From the NCBI GenBank assembly GCA_030704615.1, contig CM060733.1, forward strand, positions 47,864,001 through 47,928,000: DNA of 64,000 nucleotides. The letters run 5' to 3'. This document shows positions 1 to 14,146 of this stretch, one piece after another. This DNA is from Takakia lepidozioides (lineage: Eukaryota > Plantae > Bryophyta). The notes beneath the pieces are model-generated. The model was not told the DNA's origin, ran no database searches, and was given only the letters and a program-made list of their open reading frames with translations. The first letter of the stretch is position 1; each line of letters starts with the position of its first letter. A program made the position numbers and the translations under genes.

Positions 1-449
1 TTACCTTCCTGCCGGTAATTCTGAGCGTGTCCGATTGATTTTTCGTAGAAAAACAAACCTAACTGTTTGTTTTGTGGCTGAAGTGCACTTGTAGACACGT
101 TTTTCTTGGAATCTTTGACTTCTAGAGGCAAATCGGAAGAGCCCCGGACGGAAATTCGGCGCCGTTTTTCCATTCTGGGAGGTTTTTACGACTTCCTTTG
201 AGGGGGCCCCGATGGAAATTCGGCGCCGAATTTCCATCCGGGGGATGGTCTCTGTCGGAGAGGTGCCGGCCTCTCCGCCGCTCTGTTGGATATTCGGTGC
301 CGAATTTCCGTCCGGGGGTTGAAATATGACGGCCAGGTGCCGGCCTCTCCCCCCTCCCCGACTGCATTGGAACGGCCCCGGATGGAAATTTGGCGCCGTT
401 TTTCCATCTGGGGAGGTTTTTATGTCGGCCAGTTTTCGGCCTGACCCCC

Positions 450-2641
450 CGACTTGCAGTGCTCGATGAGACCTCCTCGGGCAACATCACCGGACCACGA
501 GGGAGCGTGCGAATATTCTTGTCAGCTCGCCATGAATCCTCTTCTCCGCCAGGTGCCTCGTCAAGTCTTCGTCTCACTAGACGGGTATGAACATCTCCTT
601 CCAAATGTTGGCATCTTCGCAGCAATGGCGTGTCCCGAAGGCCCTCTCGCAAGGCCGCCGCCCACTTCCGAGGATTCTTTGATCTAGAGGCAGTCCGCAT
701 CAGCATTTCCTGCCTGTCCGGCCCCAAGCCCCACTGTTTCCCTTTCAAGAACTCGTTGTACCTGCATTGCTGCATAATTGACCTCACAATGTCCTCCGTT
801 GTGGCAGTGAGGACGTCTGATTTCCTTACAGTACCTGACGATGTCCACCAAGCCCGTATACATGCAAACTGTGTCTCTGCATCATCCAAGGTGGGAGCGC
901 GCTTCCACGCAAGACACATGGAACGGTGCTCCTCTCTGAAATCTGGCGCCACGAGCCTGGTTGTGTACTGCGAAAGGCTCTGCAGAAAATGGAACCCACA
1001 AGATCTCTCCTTGCCTTCCATGGGAACATTGGGGTCTTGCCCGTACACCCTTCGGATGGCAGCCCAATTTGCTTGTGCGTTGTCCGCCATGAAACCACGG
1101 AAATTGGGAGGGGGCAATCCCGCCTTGGCCATCTGTTCGTTTATTCCCTGCCAAAGAAGCATCTCCGATTGTGTGTCCTCTCCTTTCATCTCACAAATAG
1201 CAATTGTCATTAGCATCCTGCAGTGGGTGTCGTAGACATGTGCACCCATTGTCACCCACTGGTGATTTGTAATTCGCTTGATATGGTCGAACATGACCCA
1301 ACTGTTTGACAAGTCCCCACTCGTCATCCTGTCGACCAGTTCGACGCCGCTGCCAGGTCCACACGTGGACATTTTGAATATGAAACAATGATCTGCCTCA
1401 GTCCCTTGTCCTGGAAACCTACTTCCATGAATGTAGTCATATCCACATCATCGCTTCACCTCCAGAATGGAGTGCATATCCGAGCCACGCCCAATTTTCT
1501 GTTTGCATGAGACAATGTGGTTTCGGACATTCGGTGAACATACGTGGGACACCGACTCCAGCAATGCCTCCATTTCCTTCTCATCGAGAGGAACTCTATC
1601 GGAGCCGTCTTCCGACATAATTCTGGCCAATGCCATCTTATGGGCGGCTTGGAGCTGTATCTGTTTGGGTTTGGCACCCGGTCTCAACTTAACCTCCTCC
1701 TGAACGAGCTGCTCTGCCTCGTGGGCAGCCTCCCGCGAGTTCCCCTTCGCCAATTTGTGACAATGGGAACCAACGTGTATGCAAGCTCGGGTGAGGTCAG
1801 GGAAACGGTGCAACACATAGAACTGCTTGGCATTACAAACAGACATGCAGTGTGGTGGTTCTTTGCAATGCGCACACTTAAATGTGGAGTTCGGAACCTT
1901 CTCCTGAGCTCGAAATGGTTGATGAGCTGTGCCTGTCCAATCGGTCTCGTTCCTGTGACCTCTGGATTTAAAGTGGAAGCAAGTTGGGGAGAAACACCGC
2001 AACGCGCCCGCACAAACAACGTAGCGCACCCGCACACCATCGAGCATCTTCATGCTGGTGGTTTTGGTAACGCACCAAGGATGACCGTCATGTTTTCTAT
2101 CCATATCTGTCAACATTCCGGACGCCCTCGAGTAGTCCGCCCGAGGAGGGAACTCAAAGAAGATATTACCGTCGACGTCAGCGGGAAGGCATGTAACCGA
2201 TTTAATTGCGAACTTGCTGTAGTTCAGCCCAGCCAGCTCCTACCAGTGTCCCTCCAGGTGAAGCCCTCGCAGAATTTCAAGAATAGATCAAACTGCGGTG
2301 CTCGTGCTGGGAATATGGCTCCCTCCTCCACAGACGTCCATTGAGGACTTGCCTGATCTCCAAGACGACCTCGGAACTTCCATGACCTCGTCTGAGTCGG
2401 ACAGGTTGTGAACAACCTGGTTCTCGCTCGTCTTCATGGATGGGTTCGGCTTTGGATTTACTTCGTTGCGGACTTCTCTCTTTGAGGTAGCCACTCTCTG
2501 ATTCGCGGATTGTTTCGTGGAAGGCGCCAGGATAGAAGGTGCATTTGGCGGGCAAATGAAGTCCCCAACAGCCCTGTATATGACGTTGTCCGATGGTGGA
2601 ACTCGCCATTCCCTGCTATCGCCGAAATCATCGTGGAGCAC
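450..2641 (-). pseudogene. MULE-type transposase pseudogene, homologous to 51574-55116
   Basis: ORFs 2288..2641, 1448..2116 and 122..1372 share one frame broken by stops. Shared motifs with the intact copy: MDRKHDGHPWC, GPGSGVELVDRM, WVMFDHIKR, GFMADNA, GKERSCGFH. A ~60-aa internal deletion removes the TNLSE (third catalytic) region, and the SWIM C-terminus is missing. Confidence 0.9.
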
Positions 2642-3059
2642 AACAATACTCTCGACAACAAGGCCGTTTCAGTCCTTCCTTTCCTCCTCCAAAAAAACCG
2701 ACCCCGGTTTCAGGTGGTATCGAACGCATAGATATTTCTCCATCACCCGGCAGATGTCCCCTCTGCACGGAAATGAAGCTCTATGCTCGTGAGGAGGGTA
2801 GTACACTGTAGCGCTCGGGTTTTCCGCCATGGGAGATGTGCACACAAGACTGCCAGGATGGCGTGCGGGGAAGCTCCCTGGTAGAAGGGGGATGCAGCGA
2901 TGGGAAGGAATGCGGTGCCGATTTGTCCGAGCGACGAAGCCTGATCCAAATCCAGGGAGCCAACTATCTCAAAAATACACAGTCAGAGTGTTAATGAACC
3001 TTGTCTCCGGAATGCGGCCCCTGGTCTTTGCGCAATAACTGCCAATGGTATGCAGTCAG

Positions 3060-4050
3060 AAAGTGGGGGGCCGTCCGGATGATGTCGGCTGAAGGGGAGA
3101 AGCCGGCACCGTGCCGTCACATTACTACCCCCGAATGGAAATTCGGCACCCAATATCCAACAGGGGCCGCACGGATGAATTCGTCTGGGGCAGAGATGCC
3201 GGCACCTGTCCGACAGAAAACATCCCCCGGATGGAAATTCAACGCCGAATTTCCATTCGGATCCACCCAAAGGAAGTCCTGTCGGGGGGTCAGGCCGAAA
3301 ACTGGCCGACATAAAAACCTCCGCGGATGGAAAAACGGCGCCGAATTTCCATCCGAGGCCTTTCGGATGCAGTCGGCTCGGGGGAAAGGCCGCCATCTGG
3401 CCCTCACATTACAACCCCCGGACGGAAATTCGGCACCGAATATACAACAGGGGAAGCCCGGATGAAGTCGCCTCGGGCGCAGAGGCCGGCGCGTGTGCGA
3501 CAGAGAATATCCCTGGATGGAGATTCGGCGCCGAATTTCCATCCGGGCCCCCCAAAGGAAGTCGTGTCGGGGGTCAGGCCGAAAACTGGCCGGCATAAAA
3601 ACATCGCCAGATGGAAAAACGGCGCCGAATTTCCATCCGAGGCCTTTCGGATGCAGTCGGCTCGGGGGAAAGGCCGCCATCTGGCCCTCACATTACAACC
3701 CCCGGACGGAAATTCGGCACCGAATATACAACAGGGGAAGCCCGGATGAAGTCGCCTCGGGCGCAGAGGCCGGCGCGTGTGCGACAGAGAACATCCCCTG
3801 GATGGAGATTCGGCGCCGAATTTCCATCCGGACCCCCCCAAAGGAAGTCGTGTCGGGGGGTCAGGCCGAAAACTGGCCGGCATAAAAACATCCCCAGATG
3901 GAAAAACGGCGCCGAATTTCCATCCAGGGCGGTTCGGATGCAGTCGGGGAGGGGGGAGAGGCCGACACCTGGCCGTCACATTTCAACCCCCGGACGGAAA
4001 TTCGGCACCGAATATCCAACAGGGGACGCCCGGATGAAGTCGCCTCGGGT
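3060..4050. repeat. Tandem ~285-bp subterminal repeats built on GGAAATTCGGCGCCGAATTTCC-type palindromes
   Basis: Near-identical units start at about 3327, 3611 and 3899. The reverse complement of 122-450 matches these units, and 211-238 is a perfect 28-bp palindrome. Confidence 0.9.
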
Positions 4051-5499
4051 GTAGAATCTCGCACTTAACTGATATATAGCCCAATTGAAGCGTTGGGCCT
4101 GCTGCCCGAATTGGCACCCTTCTTGGAAGCTGCTGCCCTAGTGTTTACTATCACTTGCATCCAAGGGCGCTTTCTGAAACAAAGATCTTACTTACAGATC
4201 GTTCTATTGCCGTAGTTTCCCATCCTACATTAATTCCTAAACTCAAGAGCTCATCAAGACCTGACAGTTCTGCCCCTTCTACTGGCAGTGACACTCTGTC
4301 ATTGCTAACAGCTCCTTCCTTCCCTTCATTACTGCCCTCTTACCCTAGGATAATATTCACAACTTGACCACACAAGTTTCTGTGGCACACCGCGCTTTTC
4401 CTAGCTACAATCGTCTTCCCTACCGCTCCCTTCATCTCTCCATAGGTCTAAGTTTCCATACCCTCCGTCCGCAGTACATGGTATCAGGCTGCTGCTTCCC
4501 CGCAATTCCCACACTTCCGGACATCAAAGCAATGACTGCAACGCGTCTCCTCTTCTGGCTTGAACACACATTACCAAGTTGTCTCCTTCCAAAAAAATCC
4601 TCCAGCAGGCCTAAGTTTCCATCCCTTCTGGTAGTATCACATTGTGTCAAGCTGCTCACTCCCCTGCTGAACTATCCTGCAGCAATTCCCATTTCTCAAA
4701 GCACCAGAGCAATCACTGCACCGCCTCCCTTCATTTGCCCTGAGCACACATTACCAAGCTGTCTCTTTGCAAGATTATCTTCCAGCGAGCCCTAAATTAC
4801 CACTCATTATAGTAACGACGGCACCGTTTCTCCCCTTTTGGCAGCTGCACAGGTTACAATGTTGCCTCTCTACGCTCGCCCTCCATTGTCTCCCCCGAAT
4901 TTGAACGAGATATCAATTGGAAGCATTTGAAGCCATCGACTTCGGCCTCCAGGCTTCACTATAGATAGGGTTCTTTTTTCATCATGGTTACCCTCGAAAT
5001 TATGCCTTTCTAAACATGCTTAGATTAGACGCTCAATTGAGCTTCTGGTCTGCTCTCACCTTGGACAATTGTTAAGTTTAAAATCCGAGTTCCATCAACC
5101 TTCTCTCTTAGCTCGGCTCACATCGTAGGCTTCAGGTGCAACTCTTTAAGTTGCTTTCAAGGATATGGGATTAGCATCTTCGTGATTTTCTGTCTTGAAA
5201 TCTATCTTGAAATCTCTCCAGGTGAGAGGTAGGGATCTGTTTACACTGCTTGCAGTGGGTGCCTTATGGCGTATTAGGGGTTTTAATTTTTTTCCCCTCA
5301 ATAATTATGAATAAACTAATCAGGGCCTTCCTGTTCTCTAAATTTAAAAAAAAAAAACGTTCCCCTTGTGGCTTCCGTAATTGTTACCGCTTCTCTTTTG
5401 CTGGAAACTACTTCCATGGGGGGTTGGTAGAACGTGAACACACCGGTGAGCACAAATGGCGTGAGCATAGGAAAACGTAGGCGTGACTACAAAAACAGG

Positions 5500-6330
5500 G
5501 CAATAGGGAATACATGTTTTCACGGAAATAGAACTCAGGCAAATATGATTCTAAAATAGCGAAAATGTTAGTTGTATGCCTATTTCTGTGGGAAGATAAT
5601 AGGAATAAGGTAAGAACTTAATGCACACGTGCAACCTTTGACAGGATGGTACGCCGGTTTGCGGCAAGTCAAATCTTCCCCACCCTCTCTTGAGAGTGAC
5701 ATGGAACTCAAGGAGTGTCAACTCCAGTCGGGGTTACACTGGGTTACACGACGAGGTGTGTAACTCCACTTGGGGTTACATCGGGTTACACAACGAGGTG
5801 TGTGACTCTACTCGGGGTTACACTGGGTTACACGACGAGGTGTGTAACTCCACTAGGGGTTACACAGAATGGAGTGTAACTCCAGTCGGTAACCCACACT
5901 TGGTCTTGAAATTTGTCTAAGTCCAAATGTTGCTAAGTATAAAATGGACTAACCAGAGCTACATGAGAAACCGGGGTTACAGAGGGTTACATCAATCGGG
6001 GTTACACTACAAGAGCCTCCCATTAAGAATCGATAGTGAACCTCGTCGCCTTCAATGCTATCACCTTACCGTCATGCTACCCACCACAACTTGCAACCCA
6101 CTCGGATTCTTTAAGTATTTATTAATAGTGAAACTGAGGTAAGAGGGGGTGGGGAGGATTTGACAGGGGCCCTGCCGGAGGAGCCCAGGTTGCCGGAATC
6201 CGGTGAAAGTACTGTCAGATCACACACGTCTATTAAGTTCTTACATTATTCCTATTGTCTTCCATTTCGGTGCCTATCTCCATCCTATTATGTTCCTAAT
6301 TATGTCCCTAAACCCTAATGAAAATAGACA
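5500..6330. mobile_element. Non-autonomous foldback/MITE-like element with long inverted arms and an internal 42-bp tandem array
   Basis: 5668-5691 and 6141-6164 are inverted (22/24). The arms extend outward (~5590-5630 vs ~6220-6262). About four 42-bp units ACTCCAGTCGGGGTTACACTGGGTTACACGACGAGGTGTGTA lie at 5721-5880. Confidence 0.6.
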
Positions 6331-7314
6331 CCCATAATGTATATCTTCAAGCTCCAAGTTTCCACATATCTACAGCTTTGGTATCCTACAAAAGAATAAC
6401 ACATTGGGGAAAAACAAAGTCACAATAACCAACACCATCCAAAACACACAAATACCAAACAATAATTGAACAATTTAATATAACGAGGCAAACAACGGGT
6501 TTCGGTAGCGAAATAAATCAAGATACCGGATTTTGTAAGCGAAATAATGGATTTTGCCAACGAATAGTGGATTTTTCCAGCGAAATAATGGGTCTCACTA
6601 GCGACATTTCTAGGTATTGCTGCGTAGGTCATTATCCAATGGTTTTGTGGTCGAAACAAAAGGTGTTGTGTTTGGTTTTGCATATAAGAGACGACGTGAG
6701 ATTGGTTTATTTCGCTAATGAATTGTTATGTGCTTATTGCGGAATGTCGGTACTCATGCTTTCGTCAACGCAAAAAAATGAAATAATTCTAGTTTCGCGT
6801 ATTACTAATTGCATCGAGCGTCGCCTGCACTTGACTAAATACGCATTTAAGCAACGACGCCTACCAGATATTCCTTATGCCCCAACTCCGCGTGGCTTGT
6901 GCTCACGCCTACGTTTCCTATGCTCACGCCCTGTTTTTGTGCATGTGAGCACAAATTTCACATTGTAGTTTCGCCATCGCATCTTTTTGGGAATATTCTT
7001 GGAATTTTCGGGATTTTCTTTTCTGCTCACTTGAGCAGGCGCATAGACCTCGCTCTCACGCACTACCCAACCTCCTTCCATGTGCCTTCTCCAAGTATCA
7101 GGTAACACCTCCCTTAAATGACATCTCTATATATTGAACAACAAATAGATGGATTTTTCAAGTTTATTATGGATGAAAGTAGAATCCACTATTCCCAAGA
7201 GGAGCCTTGACCGATTAAAAATTGTTATCTGAGGTTTCTGTAGATATGATTTGCATACCATGTCACTAGGAAGAACTTCTTTACATATTCCATCAGTAGA
7301 AACACTAGATGGAC

Positions 7315-10300
7315 TTAAGCAAAACTGTTTTGTTGGAAGTCAATGGTCGATCTCTTCAGAACTTCTGCAAAAACATCACCCAGCTCCCGCAAAGAAGAGA
7401 CCTGGCATTCAGCTTTAGTACTCCATGCAATATGGTCATCAGGCCTAACCAAAATTGCACCAAACGCTGGGAGGTTACATGTATCCCACCAACCTTCTCC
7501 TACCTCTTCAACCTGTACTACACAACTTTCATTTTTGCAACCCCATGCTTGCACAAAGAAGGCTTTGTCCTCCCCTCTAGGCATCTCTTGGTCTCTTAAG
7601 TCCAGGTCTCTGCCTGGACGAGTGATTTGAGGAGTATGGAGGTCCCAGGCAGGATGCCTGTGGGAGTTGGAGGGCCAGATAATTGCGACTCTGACAGAAA
7701 CTCCAAAGGCTCCTGCCACTGCCAGCACGGTACCCCCCCATGCGCACCCGCTTTTATTGCACCCAACAATGAGACAAAACTCGAGTCTGTCTGCACGGAT
7801 GAGGTCCAGGGTTGAACAGGTTCCCTTTTAACAAACGCCGATGTAGAAGACATGTTAGCAAAGGCTTTGACAGTCCAGCACAACCATATTAGATAGCCTG
7901 CCCAAATATCACACAATGGTACTGTTGTTGATGTGAGACGCTTATATGAAGCTGGAACTGCAGGAAAACGAGATAGAAAAAGCTTGCTTTCTGTGAGTGT
8001 TGATAATAAGCCAATCTGGGCACTCACATGTAAAGAGACACACACACATAAAGAGAGTACTGAGGTGCATAGTAGACACGAAAGTACCTTGTGGACTGCC
8101 AGAGAACTCAAAGAGAGGAAGGCAATAGGGAAATGTGGAAGCCGTGCACCCGGTTGAGTTGATGGAATATATTCTCTTCTCCTGCCTGTAGGGGCATGCC
8201 CATATTTGGGAATCGAACACTCCCCTTGTGCAGGGACAGTGGCTCCCTTTAAGTACCTACACACCTTTTGAGACTGAATGTATTTTCATGAAAGGAGAAA
8301 AAGAGACAACAGTGTGACTTTCTCAACCCTAGAAGATGCCTCTCTCCACATATTTCTACCTCCTTCCCACTACCAATAGTCTACATTTGCACAAACCTGA
8401 AGCCAAGGTCTTCGGCAGGGAACTGGAGCTGAAGGCTATGCCCTTCTCGCAGAATTTTCAGGACTTCAGTTAACCGTGCGGATCCGATAGGGTTATAGCT
8501 GTTAAGAAAGGCAGGTGACACCTGGGCTCGGCCAATAGCAAACAAGCTGTCCAATACCGTACTTTGGAGCCTCTTTGGGAGAAACAATCCCATGCTGCTG
8601 TTCACCACTTTATGAGCCAACCTGTAGCAGCAGCCACAACAACTACCATATTGGGATTCTCATTTGGTATACATCTAAAGACCAAAAGAGAATTAAAGAA
8701 TGAAGGAAAAGCTTTGCACTAACCCTAGCATCCCACTGTTGTAATGTACATTACTCAATCCCCTTGCAACAGAGTCACAGAATTAGCCCTCTGTAAGGGC
8801 CCCACAATGGAGGCTGAAACATTTCCTGGGGTGAGAAGCGCCCCTTTGGCACCACCAAATACCACCAACACTCCATGTCCAACAATGGCAGAGAGCAGAA
8901 GTACAATAATATACAGGGAGAAGTTCTGAGAATGCACCTTGCAGCAGAGGGATCAAGGCCTAGTGCAGCTGGAACAGCCATGGCTGCTTTGAAGTTGGCC
9001 ACACTCAGTGCCGTATTTGCTTTGGCTATCTGGCCCATCCTAACACCACACTGTAACAGACTATCTCCTGCAGACAGCATAGAGAGAACAGAGAAAGACT
9101 CATGGGGTGGTACACAGCTACACACCCAACAACTGCTTTGGGCAGAGAATCAAAGGGGGAAAGAGGGTTGTGTGGAGGGAGGGGGAGGAGAGCAACAAGG
9201 AGACACTACTACTCTGACAGCTTTCTGATAACATACACACACACATGCACACCCCCAATAGCCTGCAGTACTTGCCAGATTCCTTGATTACAATATGTTA
9301 TCCTTCATCTATCCAGTAGCAAAGCTTTGTAACTACCACCCGTGTCCAACCTCTTTGGAGAGGATTAACAGGCATACCGGCTGTCGCTCAGTCTCATACG
9401 TAGATAGCAGGGCGGGTGGAGCACAACCTTGGAGAACAGCGGCCAGCTTCCATGCCAAATTATGGGCATCCTGTACTCCTGTGTTCATTCCTGCCAATTA
9501 TCACCACATGAGCACCTCTAAGAGAGACAGGGGAGGGAACGTACTCCTAAGACTTTGTTTGTCGTCGCCTTGTGGCCATAGGACCCGAACACAGTTTGGA
9601 TGGAAACATAGGGACGGGAGAGAGAGAGAGACAGAGAGTCACTCCATCCCACAGGAAGCCCAAAGGGTCCAAGGGACACAATTATAAGAAGAACCACAAA
9701 AACCAAAGAACTAATCAGTGCAGCATGAAGGCAGAATGCCTAAGCCGCTTGATACAAGAGGACCCACAAGAGTTCTGAGAGAGAACGGGTAACATAAAAA
9801 CAGAACCACATTAAAAAGACTCAAAACCAGAGACAGAGAGAAGCAAGGAAAGCAACACAGAAAAGAAACTCCACATCATCCACAAGGGCCCAAAGAGAGA
9901 CAGGAAGAGAAGAGGAAGCACATTACTCCTTTGGTTCACAAAAGTCCAGCGACCCACCGGCTATGCCCCACCATAGACTTCCAGGCGTGGGTCACCACTA
10001 CACTTCTGTCGCCAGGATTTGATTGGTACACGAAAAGGACAAGGAGTGGAAGTAATCACCAAAGCCTCCTGCTGGCGGAAAGCGGTGAGCAGCATCTCCA
10101 GCAAGGATGACGCGGCCATGGCCGCTGATATAGGCTTCTGCCACCTGGGCATGCATGACCCATGATTTCACTGACTTGATTTGAACTGCCACGTCCCTCA
10201 TTCCTGCCACATTGCCAATAATGCCTTGGCAAACCTGTATACATGCATGCAGCTTTCCTTAGATTTCGTCCCTTGGCCACATTTCTAATGATGAAAGCAC

Positions 10301-13300
10301 AAAACAGGACGCTAACAATTCCAATGGACCAAGAGTAGCCAGTCAAAGGGTTAAAGTCCATGATCTGTACTAGGACAAGAAATAACTACACCCACTAACA
10401 AGTCCCAAATGGCCATTGGTTGTTAAATACAGAGTAGTAGGATCTCTAATTGCAGAAAACCAGGGAATTTGATCAGTGGTGGTGAATACTGAGCTCCTTT
10501 TGCGGGTCAGAGACGATGAGAAAGCAGCGACTTAGGAGCAAGCACTCACAATCACTGGAAGGAACATTATGGGCAAATCCCCCATGGTCGCTAAGGGAGA
10601 CATGAGGGCTTATCTTGGGATTTGCCATGCTACTTTCTATGTATGAAGAGTGAGAAGGGGAGCACAAGTACAACCTCTTCAGTGAAGTCCTCAAGTCGCT
10701 GCTGTGGTGGATAAAAGGGTATCTGCATAGCACCACCATTGCAGCAAATCAGCATCATTACTGCAACTGCCGTAAACATACTACATTCATAAGATCGCAT
10801 TAGGGTGCCAGCCCCAGGTTAGTACATTGGCCCCTTACTATGACACCGCTATTGAGACAGACTGCACTTCTTCACACACTCCTCCAAGACTGAGGTGCAT
10901 GACACCACAGCCAAATCAGCAGGCTGTCCCATGGGGTGTAAAATGATCATATCAAGGTTAGCCAAATTACCTGAGCTATGAATTCACCAGCGTCAAGGTC
11001 ATGTGCAACCACTACAGCAATCACCCGTGGGTTGAATACAAAGTACAGCATTCCTGGTTCCTGGACTGCTAACCGCTGTCCCAATTCTTTACTTAAGAAG
11101 TGGATACTTATAAGTGTCTGCAGCTCCTCCTCTCCCTGCATCTTCAACCCCATCAGCCTTCTCACTGAGCTCCCAGCTCCATCAGCTGCTACTATGTACT
11201 GGCATGAAACAATGGTGCCCTGTCCAGACGTCCCCTGAAACCCATGTTTGTCACTTGTTAGCTCTTGGTCTGGTATAGTCAATGTAAAAGAGTTTGCCAA
11301 CCTTACATAGTAAGTCAAAGATTGGTCAGTGGCTTTTGACTCTTGCTATGAGAGGAGAAAAACCTCCTCTATGTTTTTTCTGAATGCAGTGTGAAATATT
11401 CCACACTGTAAGAGATAAATATCAGTAAATTTAGTGTAGTGAGTTCTATTGACAGCTCCGAGGGTTGAACTGGTGTAACATCCACTAGTCTATTCCTCCA
11501 ATCAGGTATCAGAACTTCTACCTACATCTCCACTTCATTCCCGGCTATGATTTTGAGATAACACTCTGTCCTCCTTTCAAGAACAGACTCTTAGACATTT
11601 TGCATCAACAAAAATTGGATGGCCAGCCATTTCATCACTTAGACCACCTGGCCAATGACTTGCTTTGCTCACAACCTGAGTTGGAAAAATTCTCGCAATA
11701 ACACCATCGGAGCTGCTATGTATTGACACACATTCATGACCCATTAGAATTGGTCCAGCACTGGAAACCAGTGAGCTGTCTCTCTGCAGCGTTTGGCCAA
11801 GATTCTGAGCCTTTTTGAACAGAAGTGGCAACAGGCGGTGTTGTGAAAAGTGTGCCACTGAGGTTGGGCTTCTCACATGGGTCAGATCTGCATGCACCCA
11901 CAGATGATGTTTGCATAAGACTTTGCAAGCTGTAGTATTATGCAATAGATCAGTCCTCAAACCACAGAGCAGACATAGGGGGCAGGGTGAGAAGAACTAA
12001 CTGTTCAGAATCTCTCTTGGTCTGAACGTCAGCATGGGTACCATATGTAGGCCCCACAAGGTACTAATAGTTATTTCAAGGTTCAATAGGTGCATTGAGT
12101 GCCTAGTGCTAAGCCTGTGAAGAAGTATCCTCTCTCTGGCGTTGATAACATTGACTTCAAACTCCCTGATCGAGTTCCTTAAGATGTCTGTCAGGGAGGG
12201 AGTCAAATACTTAAAAGAACTAGATCTACCTTCTTGAGCACGACCAACTGATATCCAAGCTTACTGGAGCACCACCTCAACTTCTGCACTCCCAATATCC
12301 AAGGTGGTGACAACAGCTAAAATACTAGTCTGCCTGAGGTCACTGCGATACTTTCGATTAACCTCTTATATAGCAAACAATACCATACTGACAGGTTGGT
12401 CCAAGGATGTGAAATCTTCACCTAAGACGGAAAAATCTGGCCCACTGATCTCCTCATGCTATATATAGGGGGCCATTAATCAGCGCTGTTGCCTTACTTG
12501 GTAAAGCTCTTAACAGTTTCAGGCAGGATAAGAAACTAATGTCACCATAACAAGAGAGTGAGAGAAAGGATACAGAAAAGGAGTGACAGCAAATGAGGCA
12601 AGTGCGACAAGCCAAGCAAAAGAGGCCTGGCTTCGGGGCTCGGCAGGGAAAGGCTGAGAGCAGAGGAAGGTGGTGGACATACCCCGAGGTTGCAAGTGGT
12701 CCACACTGCCAAGCACAGGACCGGCAAGGGTGGTACAGTACACAAACCTGCGCCAATGTTCTAGGGGGGGCTGCCTTGCTTCTATCTCTACTGCCAACCC
12801 TTCCATCTTCCTGAATATCTGCATTCTCCAGAGTCTTTCTCAAGTTAGGATTCGGTATTATTTAGTTTGAGCATAAAACATAACATACAATCACGCTCAA
12901 TCAAAACTGCTTGCTTCAAGATTTATTTAGCTGTGTCAAACACACTTTGAGCGAGTTCACAATCAGCCACACAGTGCTGCTGTAGGTACAAGTTTACGGT
13001 GCAAGCGCAATATTTGGAACAGCGGGGAGGAGTACAGCAGAGAAAGCCTTTTCACATGAGAATCTTCAGACGTTAAAACGGAAGAGGAAATACCACCTCT
13101 CTACATTAAACTGCGTCCTTTACTTGCCGACATCGTTGATGATGTACACAGGACTAATATTGCCAGCGGGCCCACGAGGAAGGGAGAGGGAAAGAGAGAC
13201 ACACACAACCACTCATATACACTCACCTCCATGGTGCGGTTATTGAGGAAGTGCGCCTGTGGATGCTCTGACAACCTGGATCTCCTCTCCACGACCAGTG

Positions 13301-14146
13301 AACGCACCCCTGCCATCACCATTTGACATCTTACACAACAGGAGTATGTGGAACCAAATCCTTAATATGAAACGAGCTCATCTATCATAGGGGTTTATTG
13401 TGGCCATGGTCACTGCTGAAATACACCACTGTTCATTTCCGAGAAATGTGTGGAGGTTCAAAAGAGGTTACAGGAAAATTGACCACTTGAAAAAGCTTGT
13501 CACCGATTCATATTACAAAGCGCAGGAATGATGAAGGATTGACGAGTAAGGAAACTCAACAAATTCAACAAATTTTGTGCAGACTGCTCAAAACATCTGA
13601 ATTCATGTCTATCCAACTCATCGGAGAGACCAACACCAAGCACTAATCCTGGAGCTATCAGAATATGGTTGCTCTTTGAAAACCAGCAGAAATCCAGTGA
13701 GATGCGCATCGTAACTTCATAGCAAATGCATAAACTGCTGGGTACGATTGCAGAACATAGATGTGGACGGAGTTCATTGAAACCTGACCATATTGTGAGA
13801 GAAGAATAGACAACGTGAGGCCAACTGGTCCAGCTCCCACTATCAGCACCGGCACTTGCTCTTGGATTGAGGACTTGGCTGCATCAACTTCACTATGCGA
13901 AAGCCTCGTCTTGATTTCGAAAATTGCAGATTTACCGCGCATAATTTCCTTGATACTTCTAGACTTTATCCTCATTTTTCCATTGAATACCTTCAATCTG
14001 GAGTCCCCCGTGCCATTGAAAACGGCTTCCAAGCGACTGGCACCAGAAACTGTAGTAGAAAATTTCGTGATGATCTTCAGGTCGCCTAGACGAGACAGGA
14101 TCCCAATAAATCTCAGACATGGTTTCATGGCAAACATGGCTTTCAC
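7315..14146 (-). CDS. Multi-exon FAD-dependent monooxygenase (FAD_binding_3 / PheA-TfdB-like), probably organelle-targeted
   Basis: Exon pieces in order: VLIVGAGPVG (~13820), ERR..HPQAHFLNNRTME (~13240), YIVAADGAGS (~11180), ILAGDAAHRFPPAGGF (~10080), GMNTGVQDAHNLAWKLA (~9460), PGARLPH (~8140), AILVRPDDHIAW (~7440), with GT-AG introns. Resembles Arabidopsis At1g24340-type proteins (from recall). Start is approximate. Confidence 0.9.

Larger units (their letters stand above)
122..4056 (-). mobile_element. Degenerate Mutator-like (GCM-MULE family) DNA transposon with long inverted subterminal repeat arrays
   Basis: A transposase relic lies between a repeat block at ~122-450 and an inverted array of the same sequence family at ~3060-4050. 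Exact termini and TSD were not resolved. Confidence 0.75.

Noticed and set aside
2983-4064. Many overlapping ORFs (MEKRRRISI.., GWKFGAEFP..)
   Set aside because: These are translations of GC-rich palindromic tandem repeats with no domain signal.
111-4066. TSD for the left element (ATCTTTGACT vs ATCTCGCACT)
   Set aside because: Too many mismatches to support.
5721-5880. Telomere-like or CRISPR-like array
   Set aside because: The unit is a 42-bp tandem repeat with GGGTTACA, not TTTAGGG, and has no unique spacers.
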